Shown in pieces: positions 11,536-24,530 of a stretch of 64,000 bases of DNA; position 1 is the first letter of the stretch, and every line of letters starts with the position of its first letter. Both the position numbers and the translations under genes were made by a program. This DNA comes from Lama glama (lineage: Eukaryota). The stretch lies in the NCBI GenBank assembly GCA_028534125.1, contig CM052846.1:682001-746000 (forward strand). Reading direction: 5' to 3'. The notes under the pieces were generated by a model. It searched no databases. It was not told the origin of the DNA and worked only from the letters and a program-made list of their open reading frames with translations.

Positions 11536-14500
11536 CTCTCAAATAGGTCTTAAGTGTTATGCAGACAGCAATTGTCTTGTTCGGCCATATCCCTGCTATG
11601 AGCACAAGCCTGCACGTTGCAGATAATTGGTTACTGTGTCTTAACTAAGTGAATTTTGACTCATTCAGAGGAAGTACGACTCTGTGACGTGGGCAGAGGG
11701 CCTGTGACTATCATCATGTGACAGGTCATGCAGAAAAGGCCCAAACGGTTGGATCTCGAAACCTTAGAGTAAAAACGTTTTAAAGTACTAGGGATTTTGA
11801 AGAATGTTCACTGTGGGACGTGCCAAGACCCCTCTAAGCTTAGAAGTACAAGAAGACTGATCAAAAGAGGGAAAGAAGCACATCTAAGGACAGCTCAGCG
11901 TTTCCCTTCTTCCCGAGTTTCACGGACACTGTCGTGTTCTTGGGAGAATCTGACATTCTTGGGAGGTGGGAAAGGACATGCCCGTAGGGTCGGGAGCCCT
12001 GTGGAGACGTGGAAGCCGCCACAAAGCCACCCCGAAGTCCGGACACTGTTCTGCCAGAGCGCTGGGTTCCAAAGAACAGTGTCTTTCGTTACCTGCTACC
12101 CGCTGAGACCCTCTCTTGTTTAAAGATAATTTTGCATCTTTTCTGTTTCCACCTTCTGTGAGCCTCCTGCGTGTGCATATGGTCCCCCCGGCTCTGAATC
12201 CAGGAGGGAGCCAGGCCTCCTCGTCCCGGTTCCTCCCTTTAACTGGGTGACCCCTTGGGCGGGTTCCTCGGTGTAGACACGAAGGAGGCACGTCGCCTGC
12301 AGCAGAGTGGCTGGCTCTGCAGGACTGGGGGCGAGCTTCAAAGGGGATTGCGACTCTAAGGCTCTCATTGCTAAAAAATATTATAAAGGAAAGGAGCAAA
12401 ATGCAACACTCCTTGATTTTACATGCAGGTACCTGAGTATTTGTCCTCTGAATGTAGTTCACATACAACCTTGGGGCGGTGTGAGGCCGACAGCACAGAC
12501 GCCTCGCGGAGTTGGTGTAAGTTCGGGATGAAACATGGAGACACAGCTGGCACAGTGTGCGGTGTTGGGGCCGGGGCCGGGCGGGGGAGACAGAAAGTCT
12601 GAGTGGTGACGCTGAGGTGGGACGGCTCTGACCCATGAGCCATAGGAGAGCTCGGGGCAGGGGCCACCTCACGTAGGGACGACGGAGGCCCCGTGGGTTC
12701 TTAGTGTCTGTGCGACACCCCGTGCAGGAGCGAGCATCAGGCTCCCTGGGTGGGGAGCTCTCGTCGCACACCCTGAACGTTGAGAAGGAAGCCGCCCCCA
12801 GCTGTCCTCTGGCAACCAGGGACGTGACCGTGGGTGCCAGCTCCCATCCCCAGAGGCTGCCGGCACGACCGAGGGCTCCGACTGCCGGGCGCTTCTGCTC
12901 TTACTTGCGTCAGTTCCCGGCACACGGGGCTCAGGCAGAGATGCGTGCCTGGGACGCCCAGGTGTGTGCAGCCGTGTGGCGGCTCCCAGTGGGGGTCTGT
13001 GGGGAAGACTGTGCTCCATGGTCTGTCCTGGCTCGTGTGCGAGGCCAGGTCCGCAGGACTTGGACGCGAGGATCGGTCAGGTCTTCATGCTGCCGGTGAG
13101 CAGACTGCAGGCAAGGTTACTGTTGTGCGGGAGATGCTGGGGAGGGGAGTGGCGTGAGGACAGAGGTGAGGGGAGCGTCTCAGGCCCCCGAGCAGGAGCA
13201 GAAAGGGCTCCACAGAGGCGCATGTGCCCGCCGGGGCTGCAGGAGGTGGGGGGGTGACACTGAGGGTGACAGCTCAGTCCCAGGGCCACCATGCCGCCTG
13301 CTGGGTCAGCGGTGGGGCTCTGTGATTGGAACGGGGACCTTCGCCCGCTGGGGATGCTCAGCAAATGTCAGTCTTTAATGAGATTCCCGCTCTGTCGAGG
13401 GCCTCTTGTGAAGTGTGCGCCTCTCACAGCGGGGCGCCGGCTGCAGGTTCCATCACCTGCCACCCTGGGACAGGTGCGCCGAACCCGCCGTGCAGCAGGG
13501 AAGGCGCAGAGAGGCCCCGGGCCCCGGGGTGGGCTGCCGGACCCTGGGCCTCCTGTTGGGCTGGCCCTTGCGTCTGCTGAGAGCTTTGCAGAGAGCCCAG
13601 GGGTGGGGCTGCTGGGCTGAGAGCCAGCTGTAAATGCCCAACTGCTTAACCTCTCCCTTCAGGAAACGCTGCACTTTAAGAGAATCAGAGAACACATGGC
13701 TTCCTTCAAAGTCTTTTTTATTCCTAGAGGGTGACTCAAGCCCTGGGGAGAAACGGAAGGATTCTCCCCCTCATTTGCACTCTTCCCTTTGAATCCCCTT
13801 CCCTCGGAGACCTTAAGCCTTCGGGTTGCCCACCTGCAGAGCAGAGATAGGGCCACTCTCTGTGCCTTGAAGGCCTGGGAGCCGTTGCGGGCATCCCTGT
13901 TGAGGGGCAGGCGCCAAACTGAGCGCCTTGGACGCGGGCCCTCTGAGCCCACCTCACCTTGGGACCCGGCCCTGCCCTCTCCTGGCAGAGACCCCTCAGC
14001 AAAGCCCATCCCACATCTCAGTTTTGTTTTCGGAAACCTCGGAGGAGGTAGCAAGGCTGATGTCGATGACATTCGTATGCAGAGTAATTATAATAATGCA
14101 CTAATTAATACCCACAGCCCCGGAAAGCACCAGGGTGCTGGCTCTAAATGAAAAGCCACACAGAGAGAAGCAGGAGGGCCGTCACGCAGGTCGAGGTGAC
14201 CTTTTGGCATATGGCGACTCCGGGGTTGGGTGCGCGGTTTCTAAAGAACTCTCCAAGATCCCATCCATCTGGCCCCCCGCGCTGCTCCTCCAAGCCTGCC
14301 GCGCTGACCAGATGGCCCCTGATCAAGCAGCTTCAGAGGGGGAGGCAGGGCGCCCGTCCAGAGCAGCTCGCCGTCCAAGGAGGCTGCTGCCCTTGGTGGA
14401 GCACAGAGCTCACTTCAGTCTGAAAAACGGAAAATTTATTTTTGTTTTGGTTTGGTTTGGTTTCCGTGTGTGTATGTGTTGTTGTTTCCACTCGGGCAAA

Positions 14501-16859
14501 GGCGAAGAAGATCGCCCAGCAAATACACGTCTGAGTAAAACACAGAAAGATCCTTGATAAACAAGCATGCAGCCTGCAGCATGAGGATTTCTCCACCCGG
14601 GTCTCTGTGTGTTTAATATTCATGATCTTTCTGAGATCTTTCAAAGCCTGCAGAATACAAGGGTATTGCAAGGGCAGGAATCATCTGTCACCCAAACGAG
14701 CCGGCTGACCCAAAACCATATACTCAGTAGAGCATCTGGAGCTGAGGGGGTTTCTCACTGCATGATGTCATAGGAGAAGGTTCTTCAAGCCCGTGTCCTT
14801 GGCGTTGTCACGGTGAGCACGCTGTCTGAGAGGAAACGGCTTCCACGGCTTGGAATATTTTTTTCCAGGTCACCTCTTAGGCAGGAGTCCGGGAGAAACA
14901 TCTTTTCTGCTTGAAGAAGCCTCTGAGAAAACTGCAGAGCATCTTCTTTACAGTACTTTTGATGCACTTTGCTAGTGATTTCCAAATGAAAAGAGGGCCT
15001 AACTACCTCACGGGGGAGAGAGCAGCTGGAAAATGGGAGAGGAGCGTGCTGGTCAGTGCTTAGAAAGCCACAGCGGTGCGGGCGGGCCTCCGCCAGGCCG
15101 TCGCGGAGACAGACGCTGGATTTGCAGCCTACCTCTGGAAGCGGGTCTGTTGGACGTCCTAGTTGGGCTCCTTTGAGCTGTGCCTGGGAGATGCCAGAAT
15201 CGTCTGAAAAATAGCAGGGGGCGGGTTGGGTGAATCAAGGCTGCCTCGGGCTAGGTGAGGAGGAGGGTGGGGGAGGGAAGGTCCACGTGGACTAAAACCC
15301 TATTCTGATGGGCTCTCTGGCTCCCACGTCCCCTGAGAACCACCGACCAGCTACGCTCAACGCGCAGGAATGTGCTCGACCTAGAAAGCCAACAGAAAGT
15401 GAGCCCCAGAAGCGCAGGGGTCGCAGTGCTGGTGTCTCGGAGCTGGAGACGCTAACCCCAAGTCAGGGTTCCCGTCCCTGAGCTGTTACTGACAAGCAGG
15501 AAGACATTGCAAGGCCCATGTGCATAAACACAGACCCAGAGATGTGGTCCTGCTGGCTGAGTGCACAACACAGGGCTCTGAGGGGGGCCGAGCCTGCACC
15601 CCCGGGCCTTGCTCTGGGGGCCCCTGCCCAGCGTGCTCCTCCCAGGCTTGGCCGGAGTCACCGGCCGCTCTTCCAGAGCCGCGGGCTCAGTGGTGCTAGA
15701 CATTGCCTGAGCTGATGCTGATAAAAACTTGCCAGGCCATGGTGTGATGTGATATTTATACGCCCAGTCGGCCTCTGAAAAAGGGATCATCTAAGGAAGG
15801 AGCTGTTTAGAGCCTCGCGCTGAGTTCCGGGCCTCCCCCGGCCTCCAGGCTAACGCTGCCCCTCATCGCCAAACGCTGCTACCACAGTACTTGGCGTAGA
15901 AACAGGACCAGCCGTTTGCTGGGGGACAGGCGCTCGCTGGGCCGCGTCCACGCCCGCTCTGTGCAGGAGGGCACGCTGCTGCTTTCCTGGTCGCTGGCGT
16001 GCGCTTTGCAGGGAAGACAGGAGCGGCCCGCCGGGTGGCGCCGCCGTCAGCCTCCTCCTGCACCCCCACCTCACTTCTCCAGCCCCAAAGCTGCTTGTAG
16101 GCGAGTGCGAGTCCTGTGTTTGAAACTGAGTGGACTGGGGACGCAGACCCGTGTTCTGAGGAGATAAAATTGCATTTCACGTGAGAAGGGAGTGTCTTGT
16201 GAAGACAGGTGGCCATGAAGGCATCTTCCAAGAGCCCACTTCTCGCCCCCCCAACGCCCCCTGATTCCCAGCCCCTTTGATCCTCGCCCCCGAGCTGGTC
16301 TCTCTCCGCTCCGTCTCTGCAAGGGGCGGCCCCTCCAGTCTCCTCTCCCCACTTCCAGCAGGGCTGCTGGGTAAACGCCTGTAAGAGAACCCCTGAGGCG
16401 GTGGAGCCTGGCGCGTTTCTCTCACCGCTGAGCAGGCTCGGTGCTGCTGCTCCAGCCCTGGACCCTGAGGCCTGGAAGGGGAGACGTTTTCTCAGAGGAG
16501 CCTCCCTTCCGCCTCGATGACGGGAGCCAAGCCTGGGACGCAGGCACCTCCTGGATGGGTCAGATGTGGTGTCCGGGAAGAGCGGGCGTCCAGGATCAAA
16601 GGCAGACACCACGTCACCCTTCCAGAGGCGTATTCAAGGCCGTCATTGGTTGTAATCCAGCATTGTCCCCTGAGTCACCGATAGCGAACAAGGGGGCTGG
16701 GACTCGGACCACCATGTGATTCTTCCTGAGTGTCTTTACCTGCTGGGGAAGCGTCGCAACGGTGCAGGCTCCTTGCTGACGTGGATGGGTCCAGGGCCGA
16801 GGTAAAGGGGCTGCAGGATGAAGGAATGAAGCCCAAGGCACTTTCATGGGCCACACGAG

Positions 16860-18560
16860 AAAAAAGGACTCCAAAAACAATGGGGACATTTAAAATGATA
16901 CAGGAGCCCGTTTGAAGGGACTCCCATTAGACGATCTAGGACAATTTGAGCATCAATTTTTTTAAAAAAAGTATTTAACAGATTATAACAGAAATAATAG
17001 ATTATAATTCATAAATAAAGTCAATGAGTCTGTATGGAATTAAACAGATGAATGAATCACTGAATCCATGTCTGAATGAGTGGAAAAGCCTCTCTCACAG
17101 TCTAATTCCAGCTAATACAGAATAAAAGAAGAGCCTTCACCCCAAGGTTCACAGTGACACTATTTACAGTAACTAAGGTATGGAAGCACCCCAGGTGTCC
17201 ACCGACAGGTGACCGGATAAAGATGATGTGTGTGTACACAGTGGAATACGACTCAGCCGTAAGAAGGAAATGCTACCATTTGCAGCAATGTGAAGGGACC
17301 TAGAGGTTACTTTGATTAGTGAAATGTCAGGGAAAGACAATACTGTGTAATATCACTGATTTGTGGAATCTAAACAATAAAACAAACAAATATATATGCA
17401 AATTAGAAACAGATTCACAGATGTGGAAAGCATAGTAGTGGGCACCAGTGGGGAGAGGGAGGGCGGAGGGGCGAGAGGAGGTGCAGATTTTAGGTATAAA
17501 ATAAATAATCAGCAAGGACGTATTGTACCGCACAGGCAAATAATAGCCATTATTTTGTAATAACTTTTAATGAAGTATAACCTCTAAAAACACCGAGTCA
17601 CTCTGCTGTATACCTGAAACTGATACAATACTGTAAAGCAACTATGCTTCAATAAAAGTTGAAATAAATACAGCCAGGAGAAAGTCAAAACAAACAAAGG
17701 AGAAACTGGAACATCAGCATTTCGCAGCCACCCCACTAATGATTGGTGCGGGCGGTGCTCGTCGGTGGGCGCTCAAACGAGCAGATGAATGATGAGGAAC
17801 AGGATATGTACGTGGGTTTAAAGCATCTTCCCGCAGATTACTTACGAATCACAAAGAGAACAGAACAGTAACTTGGCGTAATGGAAACCTGCCGGGCCGC
17901 ACCTTAACCGAGGAGCCAAGCGGTGAAGGTCTCCAGGAACGAGCCAGGCCCGCACCTCACATCCCTCCCGCTGAGGTGCGCCGAGCGGGTGTGGGGTCAC
18001 GGCCCCGCACGTATGTGCTCCCGCCCCACAGCGTCACCTGCATGCAAAGCGAGGACACACCCAGCATGGGAGCCGCTCTGCGAGTGAACTGGCCCCTGTC
18101 TGAACAACCGCTAAGGTCCGGAAGAAGGCAAGCTTGAGGAATGGTTCCAGACCACGGCAGACCAACGGCCCTTGATAGTGGAGTGTGCTGAATTTTTGTA
18201 GACTGGCTCCCGAACCTGGAGGTAGGAAGCCACAGGGTATTATTGAAAAAACGGATTAAATTTGCTTTTAAAGCACAAGATCGTAGTACTAGGTTAACGC
18301 TCACGTTTTGATTTTGAAAATCGTGCTGCGGTTAAGCAAAGAACATTCCCAATTTTAGGAAGCAAATGCCGAAGCATTTTAGGGGCAAATGGGCACAGTA
18401 GCTCAAATTTATCCTCAATTAATTAGAATAGAAGAAAGTAATGTGTGAACACAAATGGGAAAATTAAGCAAAATGTTGGATGAATCTGGGTAAATGCAGG
18501 TGGGAGGCTTTGTAACATTTTTCTCTAAATTAAGCTTCTCTAAAAGTACACTTAAAAATA
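16860..18560 (+). mobile_element. L1MC3/L1MC4-like 3' region, split by a younger L1
   Basis: aaatgatacaggagcc...gaagggactcccatt...ggacaatttgagcatc, resuming at ~17700 with gatgaggaacaggatatgtac...catcttcccgcagattactt...caccttaacc. Confidence 0.75.
17136..17670 (+). mobile_element. Younger cetartiodactyl-type L1 (ORF2 end + 3'UTR) nested in L1MC
   Basis: tatggaagcaccccaggtgtcc...gtggaatacgactcagcc...tagccattattttgtaataac...tatacctgaaact...caataaaa. Confidence 0.85.
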
Positions 18561-19199
18561 TGGCAGTACTGTGACAATGTGGCTAAACGTGGCTCCCCTA
18601 GTTTTTGGCCTTAGGGGTCTGGTTTCATCTTTGATTTTCAGTGGGAAATGGAGTATTTCTTGAAGTGATGCAGAGGAATGAGCTTCTTACGTCTCAGGCT
18701 TACACGTGCACATTTAAAAAGCTCCGCCCACTTTTTACCGCCAGAGACCTCGGGTAGCCCTGCGCTCCTCTCGGGATGGGGCAGAGCAGGAACTCTGGGC
18801 GTTGGACACCAATCTCGGGGCGGTCGCCTTCTCAGGCACCCTCAGTTGCCTGCAACCCCTTACTCTAGGCTGGATCCGCCGGGGGCTCAGAGCAGGCACT
18901 GGCGGGCACTGCTGCCGGCCAGGCAGGGTTGTGTCTGCCCGCCCAGCCCTGTAACTGCCCGGCAGTGAGCTTTCACTGTCTCAGACAAAGGTAGTAATTT
19001 CAGTCGTGACCAGAGTCAGGACAGCATGTGACCTTGCTGGGTGGCCTCAGACCCGGGCTGTAGATGGAGCAGCTGCAAAGAAGCAGGCAGCAGGTCCGGA
19101 CGCACTTGTCAGTGCTCGGCCCCACCCAGCCGCACACAAACAGTCTGTCGCCGGAGGTGAGCGGGTGCCCTCCACGATCCAGACTCTGAAGAAAGTCAA

Positions 19200-19510
19200 G
19201 TCCAAAGCACGGGGCCTGACCCAGGGAACAGAACGGGGGTGGCAGTGAATGTAACAAGTATGGAAAGATTCTGGATTCATCTCGAAGGCAGAGCCAGCAG
19301 GAGTCGCTATTATGGATGGGGATTGGGGTGTGAGAAAACAGAGACACCAGCACCCCCAAGATTTTGGTTGGAGCAACGAGAAAGATCCTGTTGCCACTTC
19401 CTGAGGTTCGGGAGTGCGTGCCGGGGGGCGGGGTTCAGCTGGGGCACCTGTCACACCCGCGAGTCCAGGTGAGCTGTGCAGGGAGCAGCTCCCGCTGGAG
19501 GTGTCACTGG
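19200..19510 (-). mobile_element. L2a fragment
   Basis: gattctggattcatctcgaaggcagagccagcagga...ggggtgtgaga...caagattttggttggagcaac resembles antisense L2a. Confidence 0.75.
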
Positions 19511-21270
19511 GCCAACTGGAGTAAGTCTGTCCCGTGAGTTCTCAGTGAACAACACTAAGTAAGTCATGTGGAAATTCTTCAGCATCTGTCAGGTGTTCTT
19601 TTTCATCTGATGGAAGCAGAGCTTACATAGACCATCTTGTGTGTCGTGGTCTCTTCCCCAGCATGGGTCCAAATTCCCACCAGCGTTACAACTTGATCTA
19701 AGATGCTCACTGCTTTTTATAAAAATGAATATTTTAGAGAGGGGACAACGCATTGTTTAGTTTTATGCTGATGAGGGAAGAGTCCAGTGTGCCTGAAGCT
19801 CAGAGGTGGGGCTCTGAACTGGCTAATGACATTCACGCTCCAGGACAAGAGTCACAAATGCTTCTTATTTGCGGTGGTGCAACAGAAACACCAGGATCTT
19901 TCTTTGGGGCCGGTTCACGCTTTGCCCTTAGTCATTAGTAAGATGGCCTTCTCCGTCAGGAGAACAGGGAGTCGGTCAGTTGCTGTCGGCATCAGGCCTT
20001 GGCCTCGGTTCGGACTTCCTGTACCTTCTTGAGCTATGCTATTGCGAAAAGAGCCGTGAACCGTGAGTCAGAACACCTGGGTTTACGTCCTGGCTCTGCA
20101 TGGCCTTGGAGCTTCACTTCCTTGGGTCGGATGCAATCTGTCCCTGAGTGGTTCTGAAAGAATTCAGTGATGACGCGCAGAGAACAAGAGCAGTTCTGCT
20201 GTCTCCTCTCCTTCTTCCTTGGTCCTCCCTCTCCTGCTCAGTGTCAGAATCCTCAGGTCTAAAACCATCCTCTAGGCAAGTAAGAGAGAATGTGACCAGC
20301 GGGTTGATTTTTTAAGTCTTTTAATGAATTGCATTTGCTGAAAAGTCTCCATTCCGCTTAATGGGTGATCCCAAGGTGGGAAAAAAAAAAAAGACAAAGT
20401 GGCAAAACGGATTCAAAATCAGGCAACTGGAAGAGCCGTCGAAGAAATTTTTATACCCATCCAGTTTAGCTCCGGGCAGACAGCGCCAAACAGCGCCTGC
20501 TGTGCGTGGTGCCTGGGTGCAGACTCAGCACTGCCACTGGGCTTTCAACGCGGTTTAAAATGCATTTGGTACGTTTTCCATTTAGCTGGGAGATCTGGAA
20601 GATGAAGGGGCATATGTGTTCCGTTATCGCAGACAGGCTGCACGTGGGGATTGTAAATCCCAGGACCTGCCCAGGTCTGGCAAGGAGGGAGGGAAGGCGT
20701 ATGTCCCAGCGTCTTTCCTCAGGGGCTGCTGGCCGAGGCAGACACAGTGACGTCCCTGAAAGGGCAGGGGCTGACAGTTCTCTGTTCCTCCTGTCCTTCA
20801 CTCACCTGCCCTTGGCCCTCCTAGACGCTCACCCTGCTCCCGAGATGCCGGTGCAGGATGCCCGCTGCAGAGAAGGGGCGGGAGGCGGTGCTGAGCCGCG
20901 TGTGGTGGCGGGGCAGGATGCACCCCGCCGGGACTCGCTCAAGCTGGGGACGTTGATCCATCAAAGATACATGAGGCAAAGAGCCCTCCGCTCAGGCCTG
21001 CTCTCAAGAGATCTTTTATTCTAAGAAACTCAGTCTCCTTTTTCCCGCCGAGAAAACAAAATGTCTGAAAGAGCGGTCTCTTTGCCCACGTCTGGAAAAC
21101 TGTTTGCAGATTGTCTGATTTGGGGAAAAAAACAAGACTGATTCCGTGGTATTTTTTTTTCTTAATCTTGCTCATTATGAACTACCCTCTTGTCTGTCGT
21201 ACTGTCAGCATCATAGTAACTGCTTTCTAAGGCCAACGTTCATTTCTGTGTATTTACACTCAACTTTGTT

Positions 21271-21442
21271 TCTTTTAAGAATTTTTGTTTCCTTTTTTTT
21301 TTTTTGGCCCAAAGTCAATGACCTAGAATGTAAAGAGGTCTGAGACCTATTCAAAAATTTTAAAAAGTACAAAGAATAATTTTTTTAAAAGATTGGAATG
21401 AAACCAAACCCCTAAGATTCATATAAAGCAGAAATAGCTTTG
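21271..21442 (+). repeat. Donor copy of a 172-bp local duplication
   Basis: Identical to 23429-23603 except for 3 substitutions and poly-T length (13 vs 16). Confidence 0.95.
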
Positions 21443-22479
21443 TCTCCCAGCTGCCCATCACCTTATCAAAACCGGGGTGAGAGAAGTTCATAGATGCATT
21501 ATTTGAATGTGACTTACAAGCCTGGCAATCTGTTTCCTAGGAACCCGCGTGCAGGTGGCTGAGCAGGATGATTTCCCCCGCCCAGCGTCTGTGGGTCCAC
21601 AGCAACGTCTTAAGAAAAGACATAATATCCTTCACTCCTGCCCTTGAGTGACAGCTGATGAGAAATAGAGTCCCAGACACCGGTGGCTGGCGGTGCGGGC
21701 CTCCCCCACGCGTCTCCCAGGTTATTAACAGCCGTCAGTCCCAGGTGGGGGTCTCATCAAGTATCAGCGTGTTTTCCTAAGAGGGGACGGGCCCAATATC
21801 GCCTGTGAAGGATTAGCCCTTCCCTCACCCCAAGAAAAACAGAACTGAAAACAGAAGGAGACCCTTTCCCGGCCCTGGGGGTGCTTTGTGGGAGCCCCGT
21901 CAGCGGAGGAGAGGGGTCACCCAGGCACAGTGCTTGCCCAGGCAGGCGGTGCCCCCTGGGTTTAAAGGCAGCCCCAGAGGGACGGATGACGAGGACCCAC
22001 CTGGGTGAAGCCCGTCCCTCCTGGGCGTTGGATGTGCCCCGGCCGCGTGGGAGCTGGCGTGGGAGAAAGACGAGCACAGGGACACGTGCCGAGAGACCGC
22101 TGGGGGGGCCGGGGGCGTGCGCTCCAGGAAAGCCCTGCTCCCCAGCCACAAGGCAGAGACAGGGATGGATATTTGCCCAGGGACACTGAGCTTCCATCCG
22201 AGCCACAGGGAAGGGACGCCAGCTCCCGTGCCAGGGCGCGTGGCTTGTTTTCGGCCATTGCACTGCACGTGGCACAGCAGTGTTCTGCGGGGGTTCCTGC
22301 ACATGTGTGCTGTTTCCTCACCCACGACCCGGAACGAGGCTCAGCGGTCTCTTTCCTGCAGAGCACAGACTGACCGAGGGAGGAGGACTGTACTCCTCAC
22401 CCTTGACCCGGAGACCAGATCCCCGGGCTGGGCCGTGACGTAGCTCCTTACTTTGGGGCTGTCCCAAACCCTTTATGTG

Positions 22480-22600
22480 TGTCATCTCAGTTCCTCCTGC
22501 CAACAGACACGCAGGGGGGTGTTGTCATGACGGTTCCCACCTCCCAGATGAGGAACCTGAGGGTTTGGGAAGTCAGATAACTGCCTGACAGCGTGAAGGC
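22480..22600 (-). mobile_element. MIR SINE fragment
   Basis: cccacctcccagatgaggaacctgagggtttgggaagtcagataactgcc resembles the antisense MIR core. Confidence 0.7.
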
Positions 22601-23294
22601 GATGACGGCACAGCCCCAGACCCCCCGGCCGGCGTCTGTGCTCCACGCCTCCCTGCCCCTAGCGCCGAGCCTCACTGGCAGCACCCCAGGGAGACGCTCT
22701 TGCACGGCCGGGTGCCCACCTGACTCAGAGCCGGGAGCGGGGTGTCAGGGAAAGAGAAAGAACCCTACAGATGATCAGAGCCGGAAGCTACTACCTTTGA
22801 GGTCAAAGTCACCGTCACATTTAATGGAGGAAGAGGAATCTGGGCCCAGGATGGAGAAGACATAGGTTGTTCCAGATCACGTGACAAACTTGTTCAGAGT
22901 CCGACCTCCTGACTTTCAGGCCCTTCTCGAAACACTGCACTGCCTTCCTTGCACGGCAACCCAGTTTATGCCTCAAGAAGAATGTGGCATCACCCACAGG
23001 GCCTGTCACCTCTGTTTCGTGCTCGGAGCCTGAGTGACCCGACGAGGTGCAGAGCTCACGGTGTGGCAGCGCCGGGCGGGGGCAAAGCACCGGTCACGCC
23101 TTTTCTGAGCCTGGTGGGTATGAGGCTTCCTTGCTGTCACGCGGGCATGGTCACAGATCCTCACTGCTGAGGACACACATTATCCTAAGCTTTCTGCTCA
23201 GTGGAGGATGTGCGCTCCAGAACCCGAAACGCAAAATTTACCTTTCTTAATCCCGTCCTTGTCTGTTGGCCTTGTGTTGCCTTAATGGGCCAGC

Positions 23295-23642
23295 CAGGGT
23301 TTTCAGCTTCAGCACCACTGGCGTTTAGACTGAGTGACTCTCTCCAGTGTGGCCTGTCCTGTGCCTGGTGGGAAGTTATTAGCTGCCCGGCCCCTGCTCA
23401 CTAGATGCCAATAGAAGCCCCGCCCGAGTCTTTTAAGAATTTTTGTTTCCTTTTTTTTTTTTTTTTGGCCCAAAGTCAGTGACCTAGAATGTAAAGAGGT
23501 CTGAGACCTATTCAAAAATTTTAAAAAGTACAAAGAATAATTTTTTTAAAAGATTGGAATGGAACCAAACCCCTAAGATTCATATAAAGAAGAAATAGCT
23601 TTGAGTTGTGTCGGGCACGCTGCTCCTGGTTGAGAACCGCTG
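23295..23642 (-). mobile_element. MER20 (hAT-Charlie) DNA transposon interrupted by a 175-bp insertion
   Basis: Termini cagggttttcagc and ggttgagaaccgctg. Internal ctgtcctgtgc...cactagatgccaatag...agttgtg matches the MER20 reverse complement. Confidence 0.85.
23429..23603 (+). repeat. Inserted copy of 21271-21442 within MER20
   Basis: Near-identical direct copy. gagt is present at both junctions (23426-23429 and 23603-23606). Confidence 0.95.
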
Positions 23643-24530
23643 GGCTGGAGGCTTCCCGAGAGTGAGCACCGGGCATCCTGTCGCTCTCTGTCCCCGTCTC
23701 ACTTCCTTCGGTTCTGAAACAGAAGGGCTGGGTGACGTGAACACTGACGTAGCTTGCTCTCTCAGATACGGTGTCATGTCTCCTCCTCTCGGTCTGGTCT
23801 TCCCCTGCTCGGCGATGCTGTGTGACAGGGACAAGTCAGGGATGCGTCCTGGGCACCGCCGAGGGGGCCTTTTTACCAGGTGTGCTAAGTGAAGGGCCCC
23901 CTGGGCACAGATGCTGCCGGAAAGACTCCGCAAAGCCTTTTCCCCGCCTGGGTGATTCGTAGGAGGAGTTCCACTGCGTATTTAACACATAGTTTCAACC
24001 ACTGTGTAGAAGTGCCGGCTTCGATAGCGTGAGAGATATGAGGATTAATTAAGTACGGTCTCTGTCTCAAGGGGTCTGAAAATCCACTGAAGGTGCCACA
24101 TTCGTATTCAATCCACAGAAGAGAGTAAATGCAGATCTGAGGAGAGCCTGGCAGGCGCTCAGGGTAGACTCATTACGGAAGAGCCAGGCCCACGGGTGAA
24201 GTGACTTCTCACCGGGACACCGGCGTTTCGGCTTTGCCCCCTGGACGGCCCTGGTGCAGAGAGTTCCGACCCGGCCGTGGGGCAGCAGCCTGCAGGGCCC
24301 TTCCTCTGTCTTCCTTGAGGTGTGCTAGGCTGTTGGCTGCAATTTTAGTAGGAAGGATTAAATTTTCATTCTGAATTCTTGGACGAAAGTCTGACAATAG
24401 CCCATCAAGTCAATGTGCAGCCAGATGTCTGTGTGCCTTTAGTCTTACAACTTAGTGATGTATGTCCACCTGGAAGAATTAACAACCTTCTAAAGACTAG
24501 GTCTGGAAAGAGAGGTGCGTGTTAACTCAC

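Noticed and set aside
21271-23603. 172-bp direct repeats read as the LTRs of a 2.3-kb retroelement
   Set aside because: No TG...CA termini, PBS or outer TSD. The interior holds ancient MIRs, and the right copy sits inside a MER20 whose two halves flank it.
23429-23603. Duplication as a simple assembly artefact
   Set aside because: The copies differ at 3 substitutions and the insert has a clean junction duplication. An artefact is unlikely, though not excluded without reads.
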